64,000 nucleotides of DNA, taken from Macrostomum hystrix. Lineage: Eukaryota; Animalia; Platyhelminthes. The notes beneath the pieces were generated by a model that was not told the origin of the DNA, ran no database searches, and saw nothing but the letters and a program-made list of their open reading frames with translations. Positions within the stretch are counted from its first letter, which is position 1, and each line of letters begins with the position of its first letter. The stretch lies in the NCBI GenBank assembly GCA_950097015.1, contig CATNEN010000011.1:5952001-6016000 (forward strand). Reading direction: 5' to 3'. The translations under genes and the position numbers were made by a program. Shown piece after piece: positions 54,201 through 64,000 of this stretch.

Positions 54201-57200
54201 TCAACACCCTCTGTAGGATTAACATTAATTCTTCAACACCCTCTGTAGGATTAACATTAATCCTTCAACACCCTCTGTAGGATTAACATTAATCCTTCAA
54301 CACCCTCTGTAGGATTAACATTAATTCTTCAACACCCTCTGTAGGATTAACATTAATTCTTCAACACCCTCTGTAGGATTAACATTAATTCTTCAACACC
54401 CTCTGTAGGATTAACATTAATCCTTCAACACCCTCTGTAGGATTAACATTAATCCTTCAACACCCCTCTGTAGGATTAACATAAATCCTTCAACACCCCT
54501 CAGTAGGATTAACATGAATCCTTGAACACCCCTCTGTAGGATTAAAATTAATCCTTCAGCACCCCTCAGTAGGATTAACATTAATCCTTTAACACCCCTC
54601 AGTGGGATTATCATTAATCCTTCAACACCCCTCTGTAGGATTAGCATGAATCCTTCAACACCCGTCAGTAGGATTACATGAATCCTTCAACACACCTCTT
54701 TAGGATTAATATGAATCCTTCAACACCCTCTTTAGGATTAATATGAATCCTTCAACACCCGTCAGTAGGATTACATGAATCCTTCAACACCCCTCTTTAG
54801 GATTAACATGAATCCTTCAACACCCTCTTTAGGATTAATATGAATCCTTCAACACACCTCAGTAGGATTATCATTAATCCTTCAACACCCTCTTTAGGAT
54901 TAACATGAATCCTTCAACACCCTCTTTAGGATTAATATGAATCCTTCAACACACCTCAGTAGGATTAACATTAATCCTTTAACATCCCTCTGTAGGATTA
55001 ACATGAATCCTTCAACACCCTCTTTAGGATTAATATGAATCCTTCAACACACCTCAGTAGGATTAATATGAATCCTTCAACACACCTCAGTAGGATTAAT
55101 ATGAATCCTTCAACACACCTCAGTAGGATTAACATGAATCCTTCAACACCCTCTTTAGGATTAATATGAATCCTTCAACACACCTCAGTAGGATTAACAT
55201 TAATCCTTTAACATCCCTCTGTAGGATTAACATGAATCCTTCAACACCCTCTGTAGGATTAACATTAATCATTCAACACCCCTCTGTAGGATTAATATGA
55301 ATCCTTCAACACACCTCAGTAGTATTAATATGAATCCTTCAACACACCTCAGTAGGATTAACATGAATCCTTTAACATCCCTCTGTAGGATTATCATTAA
55401 TCCTTCAACATCCCTCAGTAGGATTAACATGAATCCTTTAACATCCCTCTGAAGGATTAACATGAATCCTTCAACACACCTCAGTAGGATTAACATGAAT
55501 CCTTTAACATCCCTCTGTAGGATTATCATTAATCCTTCAGCACCCCTCAGTAGGATTATCATTAATCCTCTAACATCCCTCTGTAGGATTATCATAGTCC
55601 TGGAATATTCAGTAGTCGAATAAAAGCAAATCCCAAGTGAGTAAAAACTACGTCAGTGGATCACGCGGCAAGAACAAAAAGGAAAAATTGAAATTAAATG
55701 TCTAGGAAAGTCACGCAAATGTTGCCCCAAGGGTGGCTAAGACGAGTTACCTGTTAACCACAGCTTTGACGCGAACTTCAATAGTCTGGGATTCTTTGTC
55801 TTTGAGCAGGGCCATGAGGCGCCTAGTCATCTCGGACTCAAAGCTGGCCAATTCGTGCTTTATGCTGGCCAAGATTTGAGCTGGGTTGGCAGTTCGCGGG
55901 ATTGAGCAAGCTTGTTGTTGGCTCACAGCATTCATTTTTAGACAGCTTTTTTGTTTATAAGTAGCAATATCAATAACGTCTGTTTCAGCTAACTGACTTT
56001 GATTACAAAAAATTATAGCAACTCGAAAAATTCTTTTTTTTCAGAATCATGGGTCTAGGGTCTTGGGTTCAGGGTCATGGGTTCAGGGTCATGGGTTCAG
56101 GGTCATGGGTTCAGGGTCATGGGTTCAGGGTCATGGGTTCAGGGTCATGGGTTCAGGGTCATGGGTTCAGGGTCTTGGGTTCAGGGTCATGGGTTCAGGG
56201 TCATGGGTTCAGGGTCATGGGTTCAGGGTCATGGGTTCAGGGTCATGGGTTCAGGGTCATGGGTTCAGGGTCATGGGTTCAGGGTCAAGGGTTTAGGGTC
56301 ATGGGTTCAGGGTCATGGGTTCAGGGTCATGGGTTCAGGGTCATGGGTTCAGGGTCAAGGGTTTAGGGTCATGGGTTCAGGGTCATGGGTTCAGGTCTCA
56401 CTGGTTCAGGGGTCGTTGGTTCAGGGGTCGTTGGTTCAGGGGTAATGGGTTCAGGGTCTTGGTTTCAGGGGTCATGGGTTCAGGGTCATGGGTTCAGGGT
56501 CATGGGTTCAGGGTCATGGGTTCAGGGTCATGGGTTCAGGGTCATGGGTTCAGGGTCATGGGTTTAGGGTCATGGGTTCAGGTCTCACTGGTTCAGGGGT
56601 CGTTGGTTCAGGGGTAATGGGTTCAGGGTCTTGGTTTCAGGGGTCATGGGTTCAGGGTCATGGGTTTAGGGTCATGGGTTCAGGGTCATGGGTTCAGGGT
56701 CATGGGTTCAGGGTCATGGGTTCAGGGTCATGGGTTCAGGGTCATGGGTTCAGGGTCATGGGTTCAGGGTCAAGGGTTTAGGGTCATGGGTTCAGGGTCA
56801 TGGGTTTAGGGTCATGGGTTCAGGGTCATGGGTTTAGGGTCATGGGTTCAGGGTCATTGTTTCAGGGTCATTGTTTTAGGGTCATTGTTTCAGGGTCATA
56901 ATTTCATTAGTTTTCATTACCATGTGAATTAGAATTTACAAACACGAAAGCCCTCACTCCTCACTCACCTTCTGGAGATTTCTTTCCGCACCTGCTCCTT
57001 TGAATCAGCATCCTGCCGAAGATGAAGATGTCCTCGAAGATCACAAATGGCAGGGCTAGCACCGGCTTATTGTGGTACTCGTGCACCAAAAAGTACATGT
57101 TGTACTTCCAGATCTCAATAGCATTCCGCTCGATCTCTTCGAAGATGTTGCTGAAAATTGTGGATGTTCCTTTTTGTCTCGATGAGATTTCAAAATTTCT

Positions 57201-60200
57201 CAATGAGATTTGAATCTTTTACAATAACATTTCTTAAGTGTCTGATTGAGATTTGAGAGTGTCTCAATGAGATTTGAGAGTGTCTCAGTGAGATTTGTGA
57301 GTGTCTCAATGAGATTTGAGAGTGTCTCAGTGAGATTTGAGAGTGTCTCAATAAGATTTGTGAGTGTCTCAAAGAGATTTGAGAGTGTCTCAGTGAGATT
57401 TGTGAGTTTCTTAATGAGATTTGAGAGTGTCTCAACGAGATTAGTTTACTCATTGACGCACCTGAAGATGGCAATCAGCAGGTTCAGCAGCAGGATGTCA
57501 ACAGCCATGAGGTAGACAGCAAACAGGATGAGCACAAGGGCATTGGCTGTTGGACAAGGATTTCCTGAGCTGTCTACCGTGCTGTTACCAGAGCAACCGG
57601 TTGGCGGGTCGGCTGCAAAGCGCGTTTAAATAGTGTTATTTTGATACAAAACAGTCACTAGCAATGCTAAAATCTTATTGAATACTTTGACTGGGCAAAA
57701 AGCTCTGTCAAACAGGTTAGCAATCATGTCTAACAGGTTAGCAATCATGTCTAACAGGTTAGCAATCATGTCTAACAGGTTATCTGTCATATCTAACAGG
57801 TTAACAATCATCTCTAACAGGTTAACAGTCATTCCTAACAGGTTAACAATCATGTCTAACAGGTTAGCAATCATGTCTAACAGGTTAACAATCATGTCTA
57901 ACAGGTTAGCAATCATGTCTAACAGGTTAACAATCATGTCGAACAGGTAATCTGTCATGTCTAACAGGTTAACAATCATGTCTAACAGGTTAACAATCAT
58001 TTCTAACAGGTTAACAATCATGTCTAACATGTTATCAGTCATATCTAACAGTTCCCTCACCTTCCACAGTCTCAATGTACAGCTGGCCGTACATTTGCCA
58101 GTACGGATAGTACACAATGTCCTCAAAAACCCTAGCCAAAAACTGTCTATTGGGATAGAGCAGTGCTTGGGCCGCAACGCCATAGGTTAGCAGAGGAACG
58201 AGTAGAATGCTCAGATAGAACAGCAGCTCCTTCACCATCTTGTTGATCATCACTAGCTTTGGACCGAGATAGCTGTTCACGTAGTAGAGTCTGACGGTTT
58301 TTCATTTGATTGTATGTTGAATTAAAATTGCTGACCGTTGATACCACTTGAACTAATGCGATCGAAATTTAAGTACCACAAATTGTTTCAATTGAAAACA
58401 GGGACAGACGATCGAGAAAGGGAGAGTGGGCGTGTGACGGAGAGAGGGAAGGAGGGAAAGAGCGAGAGGGATACAGGGAGAGATGAAGAGAACAAGAGGG
58501 AGAGAGGGAGAGGGAGAGAGGAGAGAGGACACTGCCCATTTAATTTCAAAAAGAGGGAAAGAGGGAGAGATAGGGACAGAGGGAGAGATAGGGACAGAGG
58601 GAGAGATAGGGACAGAGGGAGAGATAGGGACAGAGGGAGAGATAGGGACAGAGGGAGAGATAGGGACAGAGGGAGAGATAGGGACAGAGGGAGAGATAGG
58701 GGCAGAGGGAGAGATAGGGGCAGAGGGAGAGATAGGGACAGAGGGAGAGATAGGGACAGAGGGAGAGATAGGGACAGAGGGAGAGATAGGGACAGAGGGA
58801 GAGATAGGGACAGAGGGAGAGATAGGGACAGAGGGAGAGATAGGGACAGAGGGAGAGATAGGGGCAGAGGGAGAGATAGGGGCAGAGGGAGAGATAGGGA
58901 CAGAGGGAGAGATAGGGGCAGAGGGAGAGATAGGGACAGAGGGAGAGATAGGGGCAGAGGGAGAGATAGGGACAGAGGGAGAGATAGGGGCAGAGGGAGA
59001 GATAGGGGCAGAGGGAGAGATAGGGGCAGAGGGAGAGATAGGGACAGAGGGAGAGATAGGGGCAGAGGGAGAGATAGGGGCAGAGGGAGAGATAGGGACA
59101 GAGGGAGAGATAGGGAGCGAGGGAGAGATAGGGAGAGAGGGAGAGATAGGGACAGAGGGAGAGATAGGGACAGAGGGAGAGATAGGGACAGAGGGAGAGA
59201 GAGAGGGAGAGGGACAGGGACAGAATAAAAGAAGGATAGAGAGGGAGAGGGAGAGGGAGAGAGGAAGAGAGAGGGAGAGAGGGAGAGAGGAAGAGAGAGG
59301 GAGAGGGATAGATAAAGTGGCAGAGCAAGGGAGAAATGAGCAATTAGGGGAAAAGTGCAAGTTAATATAGTCTCGGGCACTCCAAATGCGTTTCTCTAAT
59401 TGGATTTTCCTCCAACCAATCAGCAGGTCGCAGGTCGCACCTGAACACTCTCAGGTAGAAGAACACGCCGCCAAGAATATAGCAGGTGCGTACACCAAGG
59501 AAGATGGCATTTGTGCTCTCTGGTATTCTCATAAACATGCTCAGCAGGGTGAGCAGTATTGTGAGCAGATCTAGCCGGTTCCACACTGAGAAGCTCCACC
59601 AGTCGTGCAGTTTCTCTCGCACAGTGTCGGCTTTGGATGAGAACATCTGCGTCGGTTTGGTCGGAAGAGAATTAATTTAGTTAGCAATTTGTTCAATTGC
59701 CTACTGACAGTAGGAGTATTCGAATAAACTAACCTCTCGAACTTCGTCCACAACCATGATCCAGATCCAGGCCATGATGAGCCATTCCAGCCAAGACATG
59801 TAGGCTTGCTTCAGGCCGAACAGGATAAAATAGGAGTAGAAGACTAGGAAGGCCACGTAGCAGATCTGTGGGTGGCGAAGTGCAGGGAATCTAACTGTTT
59901 TAGTCCAAGGAAAAATCCGCGCGACTTAGATTATTTAGATTGACGAATGCGTGCGATTCTAGCTGCGATTCCTGCTTCGATTCATCCTTTGATGCTGGCT
60001 ACGATTCCTGCTTTAGTTCTAGCTGCGATTCCTCCTTTGGTGCTAGCTACAATTCTTGCTTTGATTCTAGCTACGATTCCTGCACTGGTTCTAGCTACGA
60101 TTCCTGCTTCGATTCTAGCTACGATTCCTGCTATGGTTCTAGCTACGATTCCTTCTTTGATGCTAGCTATGATTCTTGCTTCGATTCTAGCTACGATACC

Positions 60201-63200
60201 TGCTTCGATTCTAACTACGATTCCTGCACTGGTCCTAACTACGATCCCTGCTTCGATTCTAGCTACGATTCCTGCTATGGTTCTAGCTACAATACCTCCT
60301 TTGATGCTAGCTACGATTCTTGCTTCGATTCTAGCTACGATTCCTGCTTTGATATAGCTATGATTCCTGCACTGGTTCTTGCTACGATAGCTGCTTCGAT
60401 TCTAACTACGATTCCTGCTCTGGTTCTAGCAACGATTCCTGCTTCAATTCTAACTACGATTCCTGCTTCGATTCTAACTACGATTTCTGCTTCGATTCTA
60501 GCTACGATTCCTGCTCTGGTTCTAGCAACGATTCCTGCTTCAATTCTAACTACGATTCCTGCTTCGATTCTAACTACGATTTCTGCTTCGATTCTAGCTA
60601 CGATTCCTGCTCTGGTTCTAGCAACGATTCCTGCTTCAATTCTAACTACGATTCCTGCTTCGATTCTAACTACGATTCCTGCTTCAATTCTAGCTACGAT
60701 TCCTGCTCTGGTTCTAGCAACGATTCCTGCTTCAATTCTAACTATGATTCCTGCTTTGATATAGCTTTGATTCCTGCACTGGTTCTAGCTACGATTCCTG
60801 CTTCGATCAGAGACCCAGCGGCTACTCACCGCGTTGGCAAAGAACTTGGTGACAGGCGCCGTGTAGAAGATCTTGGCCTTGCAGCGCATCCTGGCGCAGC
60901 AGCCGGCGTTCTTGTTCTCGCCCAGCTCCTCCTCGATCGCGCCGGGCTCTGCTTGAACTACTCGGTCGGAGGGCAGCAGGAAGGGCAGGCAGACGCAAGC
61001 CAGGATGCGCATGTTGGAGGTGCCGTGCATTAGACCGTTTAGCCAGCGCCTGGTGATGCTGTTCTGGCTGCTGTTGCAGGCCAGAAACCTGCGGATTAGG
61101 GCATTTTGGGATTATCGTCTATGCAAATTATGACTGATGGTTTTAACTCGAGCTATCAACGTATTCATGTGTCACTTGGATTTTTTTATATTGGATTACT
61201 GGAATTATCGACTGTCATTCTATCGGATAATCCGACTATTGTCTATCAAAATATTGGACTTTCGACTGTCACAACCGGATTATCGACTGTCATGATCGGA
61301 TTATCGACTGTCATGATCGGATTATCGACTGTCATGATCGGATTATCAACTGTCATGATCGGATTATCGACTGTCATGATCGGATTATCGACTGTCATGA
61401 TCGGATTATCGACTGTCATGATCGGATTATCGACTGTCAAAACTGTACCGACTGTCATAATCGAATTATCGACTTTCATAATCGGATTATTGACTGCCTA
61501 ATCGGTTTATTGACTGCCTAATCGGATTATTGACTGTCTAATCGGATTATTGACTGTCTAATCGGATTATTGACTGCCTAATCGGATTATTGACTGCCTA
61601 ATCGGATTATTGACTGTCTAATCGGATTATTGACTGTCTAATCGGATTATCTACCGCGAAACTCACCTTTTGCAGTTGGCACTCGCAGCCAGCTCCAGGC
61701 AGTTGAAGTTGCCGAACGCGTCAACAGGATTCTCTATGAGCAGTTCGGCCTTGCTGTGATCCACCGTCTGGGACTCCTCGATCACTCTGGTCGACAGTTC
61801 CTCGAATTCGGCTTTGAATCCGATCAGCAGCCGACGGCGCGCATCCTCGTGGCTTGGCAGGGACTTCGCCATCTCGTCGAGCACTTTGCAGGCGGCGAGG
61901 GCCAGCGGGACGGCTTCGTCCGTGCGCTCCCATAGGAATCGAGCCATGACCTGCTTGCCGAACAGCACCGCCCAGAAGAACAGCTGGTTGAAGGGCTTGT
62001 CCAGTGGCTTGCTGCTTGCCAGCTGCTCCTCCTCCGGCAGCATGTCGATGTCCTCGTCCATGTCGGGCGAGTGGAACTTGCCGATCAGCTGCCGGAGCAG
62101 CAGCCGGATGTTGCTGAGGCGAACTTGCTCGGTGACCTTGCAGCGAGCCTTGCTGGTCAGCAGCTTGCGGATCTGAGGATGGAAATAGTTTGAGAATTTC
62201 CATGTTCCCAATCCCAATATATCCCATTCTCTGTTATCCCACTTTCTCTTATCCCATTCGCTATGGGATGGGATTATCCCATTCTCAATTATCCCATTCT
62301 CTATTATACATTTCTCAATTATCCCATTCTCTATTATCCCATTCAATTATCCCATTCTTAATTATCCCATTCTCAATTATCCCATTCTCTATTATCCCAT
62401 TCTTAATTATCCCATTCTCAATTATCCCATTCTCTATTATCCCATTCTTAATTATCCCATTCTCAATTATCCCATTCTCTATTATCCCATTCTTAATTAT
62501 CCCATTCTCAATTATCCAATTCTCAATTATCCTATTCTCAATTATCCAATTCTCTATTATCCCATTCTAAATTATCCCATTCACAATAATTCCATAATCT
62601 ACGAGCGGATGATCGCACCCAAAAGTAATTGATCCCACCTGTACAGTAGCTGGGTTTTTGTCTCCGGGCTTCAGCCGAGCTCTGTACAGATCCCTTAGGC
62701 GGCCGACCGTGAGAAATTCTCTCATGATGAGGCCGTTTCTAAGAAACAGCTTGACGAATTCAATTTTATCCTCAACGATGGCTTGCAGGGTGAACAGCTC
62801 CAGGTTTGCCGTGTCCCACTGCAGCTCCTCCGTGAATATTTTCTCTGCGGCAATGTCCGGCCGGTTCCAGGTGAGCGAGAGACTGAGCTGGCGCTTGTAG
62901 TCAGACATCTGCCTGGCATCCATGACTGGTTGGTTTCGGGGGAAAGACGGAAATTTACTTCGGGATAATAGCGGAACTAGTTTCGTTTTCGGAAATCCTC
63001 AGTTTCGGAAATCCCCAGTTTCGGAAATCCTCAGTTTCGGGAATCCTCAGTTTCGGAAATCCTCAGTTTCGGAAACCCCCAGTTTAGGAAATCCTCATTT
63101 TCGGAAACCCTCATTTTCAAAAGTCCTCATTTTCGGAAATCCTCATTTTTCCGAAATCCTCAGCTTCGGGAGTCTCGAAATTTTGTGACATTTTAGGTGG

Positions 63201-63593
63201 ATAAATGCCTCATTTCCGAAAAATCAAGTTTCGGTAACTTATAAATTTCGGTTCCTGAAGTCTACAATATTTGTTAAACTTTTGAAAGTTTTCTTAGCTG
63301 CTTCGTTTAAACAACGTTTTTATTTCTTAGAATTCCTGCAAAATGTTGATTTTGAACAATTGGGCCAGCTCACCCTTGAGCAGGGCTGACAGAATCGCCA
63401 GGTCGAGGTCATCGCTTCGGTTCATGTCGAAAACGGTAATCAGCTTCTCGTTGCTGACCAATTCTAGCAGCATCTGCAGCGTGTTGTCAACCTTCGCCGG
63501 GTTGATCTTCTTGGTCTTGGGATCCAGGTGAATGTCGCCAAAGGCCTCCTCGATTCTGGCGCGCAGGTCCGCCAGGTGGGCTTCCTTCATCTC
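51284..63593 (-). CDS. TRPM-family cation channel, 3' part (5' exons lie beyond the window)
   Basis: Phase-consistent exons 63593-63374, 62925-62639, 62172-61667, 61088-60830, 59865-59734, 59646-59441, 58290-58061, 57612-57462, 57150-56969, [55880-55751 OR 53574-53445], 52230-52056, 51583-51284. TRPM hallmarks LDLAILSALLKG, LSLTWNRPDIA, LFFWAVL, WNRLD, LGPKLVMI, PYWQMYGQ, LLNLLIAIF and a TRP helix. Confidence 0.93.
51690..51990. repeat. TRPM intron: ~34-bp minisatellite containing CCATTGG/CCAATTGG
   Basis: Direct periodicity. Confidence 0.9.
52430..53345. repeat. TRPM intron: 21-bp minisatellite (CCTGTTAGACAGGGAGTGTCA)
   Basis: Direct periodicity; the unit contains a small hairpin CCTGT-TAG-ACAGG. 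Confidence 0.95.
53990..55600. repeat. TRPM intron between the alternative exons: 32-33-bp hairpin-containing minisatellite
   Basis: GTAGGATTAACATTAATCCTTCAACACCCTCT unit. Confidence 0.95.
56049..56890 (+). repeat. TRPM intron: 14-bp G-tract repeat (GGGTTCAGGGTCAT)
   Basis: Direct periodicity. Confidence 0.95.
57213..58050. repeat. Two TRPM intronic 21-bp arrays (57213-57440 and 57710-58050)
   Basis: TCAATGAGATTTGAGAGTGTC and AACAGGTTAGCAATCATGTCT units. Confidence 0.9.
58560..59200. repeat. TRPM intron: purine-rich 18-bp minisatellite (GAGGGAGAGATAGGGACA)
   Basis: Direct periodicity. Confidence 0.95.
59960..60805. repeat. TRPM intron: CTAGCTACGATTCCTGC-type compound minisatellite
   Basis: Direct periodicity (~24-bp units). 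Confidence 0.9.
61260..61650. repeat. TRPM intron: 21-bp then 20-bp GGATTAT(C/T)GACTG arrays
   Basis: Direct periodicity. Confidence 0.9.
62200..63170. repeat. TRPM introns: 15-bp ATTATCCCATTCTCA array (62200-62585) and 16-bp TTTCGGAAATCCTCAG array (62985-63170)
   Basis: Direct periodicity. Confidence 0.9.
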
Positions 63594-63602
63594 CTAGGGA
63601 TG

Positions 63603-63887
63603 TCAGAAGATGGCGAGTGGAAGAGCGGTTAACGCGTTTGCCTCTCGCACCAAGGTCCCTGAGCTCGATTCCGCGGCGAGGCCACATTCATTTGGGGCAC
63701 AGCCGCGGAGAGAAGGCTTGGGGGCTTGTCGTGTGCAATTTACGCCATTGAGGGCCAACCTCCAAGGCACAGGGAGAGTGTACACAGCCCGACGATGAGA
63801 AAGTCAGGGCAGATGTACACACCTGTTTGAGTGTGTGCTCAGGAGTCAGCTAAATGTGCAGAATTGCCTCCTCGCTGGCTGCGGGTC
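63603..63887 (+). mobile_element. tRNA-derived SINE, copy 2, in a TRPM intron (antisense to the gene)
   Basis: A box TGGCGAGTGG, B-box-like GAGCTCGATTCC; colinear with the reverse complement of 10066-10356. No clean TSD seen. Confidence 0.75.
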
Positions 63888-64000
63888 TAGTGTCACCGAA
63901 TGATGTTCCATTGCCCTTGTTCTCTTTATCTCTTTTTATTTGCAGGTGGGCCCGGGGCACTTGTCGCACAAGCGACGGAGCGGCACGCCCCCAGACCGGC

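Overview
Eukaryotic (metazoan) genomic DNA with GC-rich spliced exons and introns filled by minisatellites. The style suggests a free-living flatworm such as Macrostomum, but that is inference only. I reconstructed by hand, with GT..AG sites and matching phases: a 10-exon triple-PLAT protein with a long charged/RGG-repeat tail (-); an intronless Zn-finger/coiled-coil/NHL gene plus a truncated tandem copy (-); an ankyrin + 3xCAP-Gly CLIP3/4-like gene (-, first exon not found); the 8-exon MTR4 helicase (+); a 3-exon 11beta-HSD-like SDR (+); and the 3' part of a TRPM channel gene (-). Mobile DNA: a 4.5-kb Mutator-like element with TIRs, TSD and an intact spliced PHD-FLYWCH-DDE transposase; two copies of a tRNA-headed SINE (one with a 12-bp TSD); and a CORE-type SINE. 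Best leads: (1) two homologous 130-nt, same-phase exons in TRPM that can only be used mutually exclusively; (2) a CLIP exon bracketed by the same 35-bp array in opposite orientations; (3) the PHD-bearing MULE; (4) an HDV-ribozyme P3/L3 14-mer conserved in the SINE tail, although the rest of the ribozyme is not visible. Most long ORFs in the supplied track are translations of tandem repeats.
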